A stretch of 62,692 nucleotides of DNA, counting the filler, from Choristocarpus tenellus KU-1152 (taxonomy: Eukaryota > Protista > Phaeophyceae): the NCBI GenBank assembly GCA_964200185.2. It is 12 parts of 12 records of this genome, joined end to end, with 100 filler letters (N's around TTAATTAATTAA, not from the genome) between each part and the next. Parts side by side here need not be neighbours in the genome. Positions count along the whole stretch, not along the records: positions 1 to 5,980 come from CAXNAD020009254.1; positions 6,081 to 13,499 come from CAXNAD020006188.1; 10 more parts are not named here. One strand, written 5' to 3'. Both the position numbers and the translations under genes were made by a program. Below, piece by piece: positions 1 to 12,180 of this stretch (the first letter of the stretch is position 1; each line of letters begins with the position of its first letter). The notes under the pieces are model-generated. The model made no database searches, was not told the origin of the DNA, and was given only the letters and a program-made list of their open reading frames with translations.

Positions 1-139
1 TGATGATCTTCTATCCCCAGCTTTTCTGAAAGCTGAGATTGTCAACCCGAGTTCATTCTGTGGAGTTACCATCCGATTCAGTGCCGTTCTCGCTTCGCAA
101 GCCCAGATGTTTCGCAGCACTAACGTTTATGGCACAGAG
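1..139 (+). CDS. possible internal exon of an unidentified gene (5'-truncated)
   Basis: Frame starting at 2 is open for 46 codons (DDLLSPAFLKAEIVNPSSFCGVTIRFSAVLASQAQMFRSTNVYGTE) and ends at GAG|gtagta; no recognisable domain. Confidence 0.25.
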
Positions 140-943
140 GTAGTACCTAGGTAGGGGGGTAGTATAGTAATACGTTTATCTCTTGTGTGCAGTGATGGTT
201 GAATAAGCTTGTGTTCTCAAGGTTTTGTGAGATCAGGCCTCCAGAATGTGTTGTATGTAGAATTGCCGTGAGTTGAACATCATAGACTATTGCAGGGTGC
301 ATCTATCACCCCGTCGAGAGGTTATGTTGAACCCATCATCAAAGAGTAGTCAGAGGAGAAGCAAAACAACACAGTGCTCAAAGAAAACACATAATACCTC
401 TCTCAAAGTAATACAGAAATATAAAATAGATACATACTCTTGTAAATTTGATGGGGTGGCGACCAAGGCCCACACACTACTCACTAGGCCAATAGCTGGG
501 GGAAAGGTGTCATCAATGCGTCCAACATTGCCAAGGTCCTACGAGAAAACTTGAGGGGCTCAGGGTTCCATCCGGCCCATCCATCTGAATGGGGTCTGGG
601 CTAGGATACTGTCCATGGTACTGTGAGTGGTATCATGTGTTGGTGGTGGGTAAATCGGAATGAACTTGATAATTTGATATGCGACTGTTATGAGATAGAC
701 ATACCTCCTTGGGTCTGTGGCCCTTTATGGTAGAGATGACGACTGTTTTGTATGTGAATCATTAGGTTATTTTCTCTTAGTTTGTCAATGTTGTGTTCAT
801 ATGTATTTTTAATTGCGATGATTCTATTCAATTATCTATTCGTTCAAAATGTGAACAATATAGATCGTAACTGAAAGACTTTGGTTAAATTATATTATTT
901 TTGTGCTGCATTATACGATGTAATTTTATAGTAGTATAGTGTA

Positions 944-1771
944 GAGTTGGTGTACCTATATAAGAGAGGTCGATATAAGAGAAAACATATATAAGAGAGG
1001 GTAAATTGCCTTGTGACGACTTTTCGGGCTATTGGAGAGGTTTCGTCGTTTTCCTGGCAATTCTCTCTTTTATCGAGCAAATTCGAGGGTTTTCTGAAAA
1101 AGCCATGTCTAGAGTTAAGCAAAATATAACAAAGTAACAAACCTGCTTGAGACCAGCAGGACACAGTACAGCAGTCTTTAGTTTCTCAGTACTGCACAGT
1201 ACAACATATGCAGTGTACATCACATCAAGTTTAGATGACTGCATTGTACAGATGTAACCATGCACTGCACAGTGGGATCCAGCTGCAACATACAGGGTAA
1301 TACTCCTGGTCCGTGACACTATACATGCCATAAGCGCCGTGCGTAGCGACAATCTTCATGGCATTTGCAGCATCATGATTCCGTTTTGGGGGCCAGCGAA
1401 ATGAAACAGGTGTGCAAATTGTTTGTGAACCCTACCAAGCGCAAGGCTTCGAGTCTTCCAGCCAGTGACAACACGAGTTCGAAGCGTCATTATCAGAAGA
1501 ACAATGGCAAGGGGGAGGTGCTGCCAAATAAATCTACAGAGAAAGACGCATCCTACAAGCCTCACGGTGACGACAATCGTAAACGCTTGAGCTTTCCAGA
1601 GAAGGTGGAAGCTTTGGCACTCCTGAAGACCATGACGGGAACTGCGGTTGCTTAAAAGTTTGGAATCGATCACAGTACCCTCTACAAGTTGAAGGACGCA
1701 ACAACTATCATGGAGAAAGCACAGACACTGAACTTGATGCCAAGTCTATGAGGGGTGCCAAACATGTCGAG
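944..1771 (+). mobile_element. pogo/Tigger (Tc1-mariner) transposon remnant: left end plus N-terminal CENP-B/psq-type HTH, pseudogenised
   Basis: Reading through TAA 1653-1655 gives RKRLSFPEKVEALALLKTMTGTAVA*KFGIDHSTLYKLK, matching the pogo/CENP-B N-terminal HTH pattern (RK.L...EK..........A.KFGI..ST). After a frameshift comes DAKSMRGAKHVE|gtatgt. Upstream, a TA is followed by three ATATAAGAGA direct repeats (958, 973, 989), like pogo-type subterminal binding sites. Confidence 0.65.
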
Positions 1772-1873
1772 GTATGTCAGCGTGTGGATTGAAAGTCTGA
1801 AACGTAGGTTGATTGTGATAGTGATTGAAGTCTTTCTGCACTGTCTGCTGATGATGACCATGATTGAATTTTG

Positions 1874-2097
1874 GGGTCAAGGTATCTGGGGGGGGGGGGG
1901 GGGTGGGGGGGGGGGGGTTGTGAGGGGGTGGCGTCCGTTTTGATCCGGATGAATTGCTCAGAAATCATAGCAATTGCTGCCTTCAGTCATGAATCGTCCG
2001 CGACTGAAGACAGCAATTGCTATGATTCTTGAAAAATTCGTCCGGACCGAAACGGACGCTCCTTCACAAACCACCACCCCCCAAGATACTTTGACCC
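1874..2097. mobile_element. fold-back MITE (whole element is an inverted repeat), GGGTCAA(A/G)GTATCT termini
   Basis: Left arm gggtcaaggtatctgggg...gcgtccgttttgatccggatgaattgctcagaaatcatagcaattgctgccttcagtc pairs with right arm gactgaagacagcaattgctatgattcttgaaaaattcgtccggaccgaaacggacgc...agatactttgaccc around a 13-nt loop. Confidence 0.85.
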
Positions 2098-2688
2098 AGC
2101 CACCGTCCTCGTTTGATGTATTTTGGACTAAAATGCATTTAGGATCTACGCTTGGCGCTTGAGTGGGTCTAGACTATGTTATTATGGCTCAGGGAAGTTG
2201 TCATTGGATTCAAAGCTTGGAGCCTGGGTGGTTGCCGCCGCTTGGTTTGGGTGTGGAAGAGAGGTCATCTGTTGTGGAAATCTCAACTTGTACTGAAGAT
2301 GGTGGTGTGGAGTACGAGATTCTTGTGCCTCAACGTATTTCTGGTACTGCCAATTGCTCTGTGGTCCGATCAACGCAAAGAGGGGAGGAAAAAGGTTTGG
2401 GGCATGGCAGTAAAAGCATTAGAGGATGGTGGGGTAGAACGCTGTATTGGAGATGAAATCTAGGTTGCCACCGGGCCAATAAAAACATGCGTATGAGGGC
2501 ACATAAATACAAACTGTTCGGGTGGATAATAAATTCAATGCACCAAATGCATAAGTCCGTTGATTTAGAGAACGCCCGATCTCTCTCCCTCATAACATGT
2601 CTGTCGAGGCCTGTGTCGGACTGGCAAAGTAGAGGGTGACTCACAAACAGAGATTGGCCTATGTTGCTCCTCAAAGCCGTGTCTGTCG

Positions 2689-4398
2689 TCAGTATGGTTG
2701 CAGTGTAGGACTTATCCAGAACCAGGCCCGTGTAGGAGCGTCTTGGTCAATACTGTAGTGTTGGACAAGAAGCTGCATATTTCACAAGTCGCCATTCTCT
2801 CATTTGACCTCGTAGGGGTAGCTGACTCGCTCCTCTCTAACTCTCACCATGTAGTGAGGCTGGTACTTGGTCACAGTCCCTTGCATCCATTGATCGCCTC
2901 ATCTGAAGTGTAGTCCCCTGCCTGTGGCTCTGGCATTGAGTGTTTCTCCCTCATCTAAATCCGGCACATAACTCAAGTGTCGGTTCAAGGAGTATATATT
3001 TCTATATATCCTTGTCCATGCCCCTACACTTCCACCGGCAGTCAACTATCGACCGACTGCAATGCCCGACACACAGGGCTGCAGCCTCGTCACTGTCCCT
3101 CTTGTTCTTCTCTTGAAGTTGGTTGATACCCTCCTTGATCTCGTCCTTGTCATGTACGACCCCAGTTGAGGGGGTAAAGATTTTTTGCCATCGTCCGGGA
3201 GGTAGGACACTGAGTAAATGTATGCCACTGAACCATCTACGTGAACATCGCTGACCTTCCTCTGTACGATGGTTCCCCCACTCGCGCGTAGGATGAAGCT
3301 GGTTCCTCGACCGATTATGGCGTCGGATGTGTCCCCAAGTCTGAGTTGCCTAGAGAAGCGAGCAGGTACCCCACCGAGAGATTGCCGGTTGGATTCTGAG
3401 GTGAACCTCTGGTATTGACCAGGCAGGATCGTGAATGTGTTGTCCAGGTGGTTGTGGTCGATGTCTGTGAAGTCTGGTATGATGATAGCCTAAAGGAGTA
3501 CGATGCAGGGACCCGGTTGTGCATCCTGCATCACGACAAACATGTTCGTTGCGGGGGCTGTGTTGGTGTGTAGAACTATTGGAATGTATTTGCGCGTTAT
3601 GGCCTGGTTTGGTTATATAGGGGTGTTTGTTGATTTTTTTGAGAAACGGGTAGTTTTACGTATGATAGAGGATACACTTAGGCAGTGGAATGAACGAGTG
3701 GGATGCGCTTATTTGCCCTACGTAAGTTGTGAAATATTATATGAAAGGTGTCAGTGGCGGTTGCAGATTGGGAGAACAATGACACTGATTTGGATGTCAG
3801 GATTGGACGTTATGGGAGGAATCTATGTTGGTTAGAGGGGATATAAGGGGATAAGTGACATCTGTATATGAACAGGGTGGAATCATTCGTCTGGGGCATT
3901 GCTCTCTTAGAAGCAATAAGAAGCGTTACTCACCTTGTCCGTCCGTGATATGTGAATAGTTGGCACTCCATCAACGAAGCTAGCACTCAGCACCTTGAAG
4001 TCTTCAGTGACAAATACGACCTCATCTCCAGCACTGAACATCCCTCCGTAGCTGGAGTGGTGTCTTGCATTCCATTGAATCGTGTCCTTGCAGTGGACAG
4101 TGAACGGCAAGAACTCTATACCACTGCACTCCAATGGCTGCGTCTGTACAATGCATATGTTCTCCTCGGTAAGCTGTCTCTTCGTCCTCGACAGCTGACT
4201 TCTCAGATACATATCACCCATTCCAGCTTCCGTGGAAAATCCGAGGTCTATACCCTTAAGCGGGGGCACGTGGGTTAATTGCCATCTGCATTGGACCAGG
4301 TTGCCAATGGAACAGTTCGTGTAGTAGCACGACAGTTCGGCGTATATCAATGTACGGGAGTCTCTGGTGGTGAGCCAACCAGTGAAGAACCTGTGCAT
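2689..4398 (-). pseudogene. degenerate intron-containing ORF with two Tudor/SH3-like segments, probably TE cargo
   Basis: ORF 3907-4398 has a donor (DK|gtgagt, exon end 3934) in phase with an acceptor at 3526 (gcag|DAQPG). Downstream frames carry stops and frameshifts but read IGRG...RKVSDV...YIYSVSY and TGRGLHFR*GDQWMQGTVTKY...YPYEVK*ENGD...HYSIDQDAPTRAWFW. Confidence 0.35.
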
Positions 4399-4709
4399 GG
4401 CTTGATTCCACTGAGGTTTGGGACGCGTGGGTCGTGTCGTCCTGCCCGGTCGATTTTATAAGACGGAAGGTGGACTATCTCCTGTGTTCGGAACGTGTCG
4501 ATGAATAGAAGTTTCGTATACGTGTTACTTTGCTGTCTGCCGTCCCTGTCCGTCCAATCCTAAGGGTTGTGATGATTATGCGTATAAGGGAGGGGGTGGT
4601 ACGTGTTGGAGTCAGTGTCGGCACTGAGGCAGTGTGCTGTGACCGATTCGATGTAATGACATTTTGTTTGGAGTGATTTATGTGCTACCTATTGCTGTAA
4701 CGAGTGTTT

Positions 4710-4968
4710 GAGTGAAAGTATCTTAGAGGGTATGAGTTTTGCCCTGTTTGTCCATTTGGGGCATGGCTTGCCACGGGCGTTTAATGACATTCTACCTAAA
4801 CCAAAATGTTTCGGAGTGGGTGAAATGCATACGTTATGAAAAGGTGTGTCCGGAACAAGAATATTGAAATCTCGTAACAAACATGATAGTCAAAATTACA
4901 TCAAAATTGCAACATTGGATCTTGGTCCTCAAATGGACGCGGCTCTACCCTCTAAGATACTTTGACTC
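4710..4968 (+). mobile_element. MITE subfamily B (about 260 bp)
   Basis: TIRs GAGTGAAAGTATCTTAGAGGGTA / TACCCTCTAAGATACTTTGACTC; internal sequence homologous to copies at 9351, 11000, 62184 and 62523. Confidence 0.85.
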
Positions 4969-5002
4969 GTTTGGTAATGACTGGTGGTAGTGTGTGATGA
5001 AA

Positions 5003-5980
5003 CCCAAACCTTGTAGTTTTGAGTTAGTTTGCCAAGTGGTAGTAGACTTCCGAAAAATAGAGGGCGATAGTTGCAAGTGTGCATGGGCTTTGTGCAGTCG
5101 ATTAAGAAGTGCGTATGTGCGATCATCATATGATTCGTGGTGTCAGCATGAAGGGAAGGCACGGATGTGACATAATGGATCCACGGAATCTATTGCCTTG
5201 GTGGAATATATGGGGTAGCAAGGGGGGAGGTTGCAGAGTTTCGCGAGTTGCAAACAAGGATTAATTATTGTGAGTTGGGAAAATCATACACGTGGTACAT
5301 GTTGTATCTATTCCTGCAGCAAGCAATGGATATATGACCGACGTTGTTACGTGAAAGGAAACAATAACTTGGAGTTTTGGGTTAGTTTACCGATTGGCAG
5401 ACTCATTGTAAATCGAGGGCGATGATTACAAGTGTGCACAGACGGTTTGCAGTCGGTTAACAAATGCGTATGTGCGATTATCATGTGATTCGTGGTGTCA
5501 ACGTGAGGGAAGGCGCGGATCTGACATAATTAGTCAACGATATCTATTGCGTGTTTAGTGTATGGGTTATCAAGGGGCGGGAGGGTGCAGACTGATGCGA
5601 GTGTCAAGGAGGGATCAGGTCCAGAGGGCGGGGAGAATCATGCATGTAGTATATGTGGTATATATTCCTGCAACAAGCGATGGGTATATGGTCGACGTTG
5701 ACACTGGAAAGAACAGAACCTGGAGTTTTGCGCGAGTTTACCGATTGGCAGACTTGTACAAAATAGGTGGCGATAGTTGTAAGTGTGTATAGACTATCTG
5801 TGCAGTCATTTCATAAGTGCGTATGTGTTATCTTGACGCTGCGCATCGTGTCGGCGTGAAGGGAGTGACCAATGTTACATAATTCGAACGATACATATTG
5901 AGTGTTTGTTGCATATGTGGGCAAGGGGTGTACGTGTTGGGGTTGTCGCCAGTGGCAAACAGAGGCCGAACTTTGTGAGT
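5003..5980. repeat. diverged tandem repeat, about 350-360 bp unit, about 2.8 copies (cut by gap)
   Basis: Shared anchors (agtttt..gttagttt, ggcgatagttgcaagtgtg, tgcgtatgtg, attcctgca.caagc.atgg) recur with offsets of 358 and 351 bp (5023, 5381, 5732). Confidence 0.8.
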
Positions 5981-6080
5981 NNNNNNNNNNNNNNNNNNNN
6001 NNNNNNNNNNNNNNNNNNNNNNNNTTAATTAATTAANNNNNNNNNNNNNNNNNNNNNNNNNNNNNNNNNNNNNNNNNNNN
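5981..6080. other. artificial contig linker
   Basis: 44N-TTAATTAATTAA-44N; the 12-mer puts a stop in all six frames. Confidence 0.97.
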
Positions 6081-6153
6081 CAGTCAATTTTGGGTCAAGC
6101 CCATCCTCAATAAAAAGCTCCATCCTCAATTTTTGAAATCGGCTGTTTATTAG
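6081..6153 (-). mobile_element. terminus of DNA-transposon family E (..AACAG..GATTT.AAAAATTGAGGATGGAG..GAGGATGG)
   Basis: Reverse complement matches the ends at 22587, 31939 and 51529. Confidence 0.6.
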
Positions 6154-8766
6154 ACTTGATGCCATGATTTGACGTGTTGTGGTTGCATCTTCTCGACCTT
6201 TTTTGGAAAAGTACATTTACCCCTGAAGATACCCCAACCTTTAAATGCATGTATGTACAAGATGTTATATAAAAAGGGTATTTTCGTAAAAACAAATGGT
6301 TCGTTGAAGGTTTTATATTTTACACAAAATATTGGAGAACTACTGTCATTTTGGTTCTACTGTTCTATTTGGATAGAAGAGGTTCAAGTTTCTGTTGAAT
6401 ATATGTCAAATTATCCCGTCAACATTTAGTTTTTGACCTTTCTCTTACCACTATTTTCCTACATATAGTTGTGAAGAGTTGAAAATGTTGGAACCTGCAA
6501 CATTGATGGGGTTTTTTTCGTCAATATGGCATACATCGAAGAAATGTATTTTCACAAAGAAAATGCTCATATACGTCGGTCAAACATATAAATTGGCGCA
6601 TCCTGTGCTATCGTAACAATAGCAGAAAATACAGGGTTTACTGACAACTTCATTTTGAAATACAGAAGAAATGCGAAAAACTTGAAAAAGAAGATTTTTT
6701 AATATGTACATTCAGAATCATAAAACGCAGTTTCAAACATCTCAAGTGATGTCCTTTTCTACACATTTCAATACCTCAGATATAAATGTTTTTCCAACTA
6801 TATTCCTTAGATCTCACCATCAATGCCTTACAAAGGGTGATGGCTGTTTCACTTGAACAATGGTCCCAGTAAGATGTCATGATTGAGATATTAGTGACTA
6901 CTGCACCCATATACGCCCATGACCCACAAACTAACGCTTCACTTTGCACTGATCTTTTTTCTACATTACAGTTAGAAACTAATTGGGGCCCTTGGCAACT
7001 GTTCAACTGGTCCAGAGTGATTTCCATCTCTCTCCCAACTTATTGGCAACATCTCTGTCTGCACCATCACCATAGTAGTCCCCTACAACTAACTCTACTT
7101 TATTTAGTGCTCACAGATGGATGTTGTATTTTGTTGGAGACGCTACATTACAGTAAAAGGATGGAGTCTGGATCATTACCTTTCCAGGTTGCAGCACTGG
7201 GTAAAAAAAATTGGAATCTCAAACTCCCCTATTATCAACAGAACGCAAATCCTTGTCCTCCTGTTCAAGTACGGATTGCCATGCACTTCCAGATAACATG
7301 ATGAAGGCCTACTGCCTTTCAGATGTAATGAGTAGCACCACGTATCATCACACCTCAAAGCCCAAGCAACAAGAAAATCAACCTGCAGTCAGATACCAAG
7401 AAGGGACGACTACTTCCATAATTATTCCTAGAATCATCAGTAATATCTCAGCAGACAAGACCACTAACTCCTTAATCAGCAAAGAGTCAACAGTCCCACT
7501 GTCCAGTATCCTTCTAGTGCACCAACTCCTAAACACTGACCAGATCCAACACCCCTCTCAATCCCAACTTTGACCCCCTCCGTTCTGCACACCCTGTGGG
7601 GCCCCAGGAATGACACTACCTCTCACTTCCCTATTTCCCCTGCGCCAGAACCTGCCAGTCTCTGCCTCTGGTGCTGGTCGAACTCGCCCCTCAGAGCCCA
7701 TCTTCCACTTGTGCCTTCGCCTTGTTTGAGCAGGGGCAGGTGCATTTTCATCAGGAAAGACGCTATTGTAATACGCAGTAGCACCCCTTGCTTTATTTGC
7801 AGCCCATTGATGGCGCTCTTCCTCTTGCTTCTGGGAGGCCCTTCGCTCCAGGGTGCATTGTAGGAAGTAGAATGAGTCATGTTTCTCCTCTTGGGAATGA
7901 TGCCTATGGTCGCAGGCATAACAATGGAATGCGGTGAGGGAGGAGATCATCTTGGCAAAAATAGCGGCCATATTTAGAAATTCGTTTTAATGAGGAGGAA
8001 GTCGTGAATACTACCAAACAAAATATTGGTGATCGTGATGGATAGGCTAAAATATGCAAAAAGTACATTCTCAGAGCAATGAAAATAATATACTGATATT
8101 GAGGGAGTAGGGGGAGGTTATAGGACGATCAGATATAATTTTTCATCATCTAAACCATATATGCAGGTGAAGTATATGCATTGACATATGTTTGGTATCT
8201 AACACACCTCCACTGTGACATGAGTAGCAGCTAATGTGAAATTAAAAGAGAAACTGCTACACATGCATGAAGAATCAGTATCTTGAACCAGACATATGTA
8301 AACTAAATCTACTCCCTTTTGGTCATAGTGCGCCTCTCAGTCCAAATTCCCCAAATTCCCTCAATCTTGGCATTGCCCTCCATTCACTTGATGGATTAGT
8401 AGTATTTGTGTTAGTCATAATGAATATACTCTGGAGTATGCCCATCATCAACAAGATGATGCTCGCATTACAGAAATGGACGTTTCAGCATTATATACAA
8501 TAGATCATTGTCTAGACAACAAATGGTAGAGAGCAAATGACAATGAGTGCCATCCTGGACGATGGACGCTACAGACCGAGTTGACTCAAATGTTTGTGGA
8601 AAAACGGATATTGTGGCAAAAGTAGGCCCAGGCACTGTCCTGGACAGAGCAAGGGGCTCCAAGTGTTGCCATGACAACAAATGACATGCAAGTCTTGAAC
8701 ACTATGGAGTAACTGGTACATGAATGCTGTCCAGACAGTGGACGCTATATAATAAAACGGTCAGGA

Positions 8767-9031
8767 CTGTCAAAGTAAACGAGAGGTGCCCAGAGTTGCA
8801 TTTTGAGGATACTGACAAATATGTGCAAGAGTTCTTCTTTTTTTTCACAAATGCGTGTAGGATATTTTCCGGATAGTGTCAGAAAAGTTTCAAACAATAG
8901 AGAAAAGAACTCTCTCAAGTCTTACTTAGAACTTCATCCATAGAAATATAGGTGGATTGCGAATACTGAACAAACAGGCTTAAGATGCAAAAAAAGGCAA
9001 AAACATCAGTACCTCTTGCTTGCATTGACTC
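8767..9031 (+). mobile_element. MITE subfamily D
   Basis: Imperfect TIRs gtcaaagtaaacgagaggtgc / gtacctcttgcttgcattgac; internal sequence homologous to 48882-49115. Confidence 0.7.
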
Positions 9032-9350
9032 CCTAGCGTTGTAGTCAATAGAATTTGCTCTAGGCAGAACATGGCTGAACGTTCTAGGGTAGCACTAGTA
9101 GGGTTGGGTGTTAGGTTGTGGGATATGACTATAATTCTCTATATGCACATATGTACTCCTGTATGTACGCATGTGTGAGGTATGTATGCACGTATGTATA
9201 TACGTATGTATGTACCCCCACTACCACAACAATACCGGGAGCATGAGTAAGCATTTGCTGCAGTGCACACCAACAGATATTTTAGTCTGGCTGGTGATAT
9301 TTTGCACATGTTATAATGGACGGAAGACAGGAAGAGACATACTATGTCCA

Positions 9351-9610
9351 GAGTGGGAGTATCTGCAGAGGGTACGAGTTTTGCCCTGTTTGTCCATTTG
9401 GGGCTTGGCTTCCCATGGGGTTTTTTATGACATCCTTCCACTCCAAAATGTTTCAGAGTAGGTCAAATGTATACTTTATGAAAAGGCGTTTCCTGAACAA
9501 GGACACTGATACTTCCTAACAAACACGGTAGCCAAAATTACATCAAAATCGCAACATTGGATTTTGGCCCCCAAATGGACGTGCCCCTACCCTCTAAGAT
9601 ACTTTGGCTC
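9351..9610 (+). mobile_element. MITE subfamily B
   Basis: Homologous to 4710-4968 along its full length; ends ...ctaagatactttggctc. Confidence 0.85.
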
Positions 9611-10999
9611 GTGTACATGCACAGTAGAGGGAGGTGAGAGGTGTAAGACCCAAGCATATTGGCACAATGTGACCTATAGACCCGTGAGGGGGAGTCAGTA
9701 GCTGCAGCACCAGAGTTGACTGTTTCAAGTGCTTATTTTTTACTCTTTCTGTGATCTGTGGCTCCATTCATCTTACATACCAATGATAGGGTCAAATCAT
9801 CATAGAGAGGAGTGATGTTTGGCCAATATGTTGTTAAGAGGCTTGTAAATGTGATGCCTGACATCCCATTTTCATGGACCAATTTCGGCTATCTCCCATT
9901 AGGAGTGTGTGGGTGGAGAAGAACAGACCCAATGGATTGATGTTTTGTCATCGATATATTAGATGGGGAGTGTTTAGCCGGTAGCCTACCTACATATCTG
10001 GAAATTTTCTGACTTTTGCCTAGTAAGAAATTGGTAGAGCAGTGTGATGTTGTACATTTAACCCAAATAGTAACGCTGCCTGCCATTTGATTGGAAGAAT
10101 TATGGATGGAAAGACTAGTCTCGATACAGTTACAGAAACTCGTTCACAACAAAGGCACCCACCCCTCACTAGGATACTTTGGCTAATACCAGGCTTGGTT
10201 CTTGGTTCTCAGCTCTTTGCGAATCTCTGCAAATTTTGTCCTTACAACTTGGGCATCCCACACATGAAAAGCCAATGGTGTACAACCACAGCAACAAGAG
10301 AGCACACTTAATATCCCAGGCAAGTACTGCAGAACAGTTGCAGAAAATTATCATAACGTACGAGGAATGTGACAGAGAGCAAACACACAGGACCGAGATG
10401 GTGGCGGAAATAAGGTAGGCTCCAAGAGCTTGTTTGAGTCGACCTATGATGCGGCCAACAGTTCACATAGGAGGCGTGCACAGTTGATGCGAGCAGATGC
10501 ATGAGACTGAGAGCCGGTGTCCTTAACGTCACATGAGCCATGAGATGGTGAGACGTGCACGCTACAGTGAGCCGATAAAGTAACAGTGCACAGATAGAGT
10601 GGGTTAGATTGACCCGGACCTACTCAGGTATAAAGTTGGTAAAAATAAAAACAGTACTTTACTATTACTACTACCCTTCACAATTATTAATAGCACACGA
10701 AGAGTCATTGGCGCAAACACATGAGGAAGAGCAAGAGCCGATAGTGGCAGCACACAGAACCACCGACAGAAAGGCAGACACTGCACACACACATATCTTA
10801 TTTGCAAGGTTACATGGTATGTACATAAGCAGCAGGTGGAACCCCTGCATGTACAACTTTGAGGAAAAAATATTTCTCTAATATTTTCTTCAGACAGTGA
10901 GGTCTACCTCTCAAATATAGTTCGAGTTCTATGTGCTGGAACCACAGCTAATATTGCAAGTTGCCATGACTTTCCTGCACGAGCATTGTGCTTCAAATG

Positions 11000-11258
11000 G
11001 AGTCAAAGCAGTTGAGAGGGTAGGGCCGTGTCCATTTGGGTCATAAATCCTATGTTGTGATTTTGATGAATTTTGACTGTTGCGTTTGTTAGTGTCAATA
11101 TCCTTGCTCCGGACACACCTTTCATAGTTGTATACATTTTAGGGTTAGGGTAACTGTATTAACACAGAAAATCGGAAAAGAACATTAAAAACTGTGGGAA
11201 GCCAGGCTATGAACGAACAAACAGGGCAAATCTCCTACCCTCTTTAATGCTTTGGGTC
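11000..11258 (-). mobile_element. MITE subfamily B, inverted copy with 3-bp TSD ATG
   Basis: atg|gagtcaaagc...gctttgggtc|atg; reverse-complement homology to 62184-62440. Confidence 0.85.
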
Positions 11259-12002
11259 ATGATCATGGTTAACTAACCCGGTGCTGGTGGGTAGGAATTG
11301 TACTAATTCATCACCTTTTCCTAGCATTTTCCGTTTGATTCTGGAAGCTGTGTTCGTCCTCAGGTTCTGAATCAACATCATCGTCTTTGTCAGTCTGCTG
11401 ATGGTTCCAATTGCTGCTGGTTTTGTCCTAATAGGGAATATCCCCAAATCGCAGGTGGATTGGTGGGGAACAAGGGGGACAGGTGCAGTAGGGAAGGAAA
11501 GTCAAGGTCCTACACAATAATATGAAACCGGTTTGTACCCCTTTCCAGCATTGAATGTCTCCAATGTAATGGGGGGGATATAGTAGCAAAAATGATGTAG
11601 GAGGTATGTTTCCTGCATCGTTGCTCTTTCTAATTGGTCGAGAAAACTTCTGAGGCAGTGTTGATTGGTCGCCCTCCACCACATCGCAAGCAATTCTTCA
11701 TCAACCTCCGTCTACATAACAAAATGCAAAACATGAATAAAATATCTGTTAGTCAGATATGTTACCTTTGGAACTTTAAGTTGGGTTGCTTTTCCATTAC
11801 GTTGTCAGACATGCCACTGGAAGCAACCAACCGGTGAATACGGTATCACAGCAGAGTTTGAACAAGTCTCCTGAATATTGTCCTCAAGGCAAATAGATTG
11901 CTTCGAAAGTGTCAACATGTATTATATATAAATAGATTGTAAGATGAAACACACCGAAAAAAGCCCTATGCTTAATCTCAAGGCAAGGTTGCCAAAGATC
12001 CT

Positions 12003-12180
12003 GGCTCAAAGTATCTGCGAGGGGGTGGCGGGTGTCCATTTGGAGTCAATTTTTTCATGACGCGATTTTGGGTGATTTGGTTGCATACGTCGGATGGATA
12101 TTGTAAGTGCACTTTTCCTGATTTTGCCCCAATTGAACACCCTGGTATAACCCCCCTCCCCCTCCCAGATACTTTGGGTC
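12003..12180 (-). mobile_element. MITE subfamily C with 3-bp TSD CCT
   Basis: cct|ggctcaaagtatctg...cagatactttgggtc|cct; inverted homologue of 43606-43791. Confidence 0.85.

Noticed and set aside
6776-7971. ORFs of 83-140 aa, including an ILDSG protease-like word on the - strand
   Set aside because: No consistent domain, splice pattern or retroelement context could be established.
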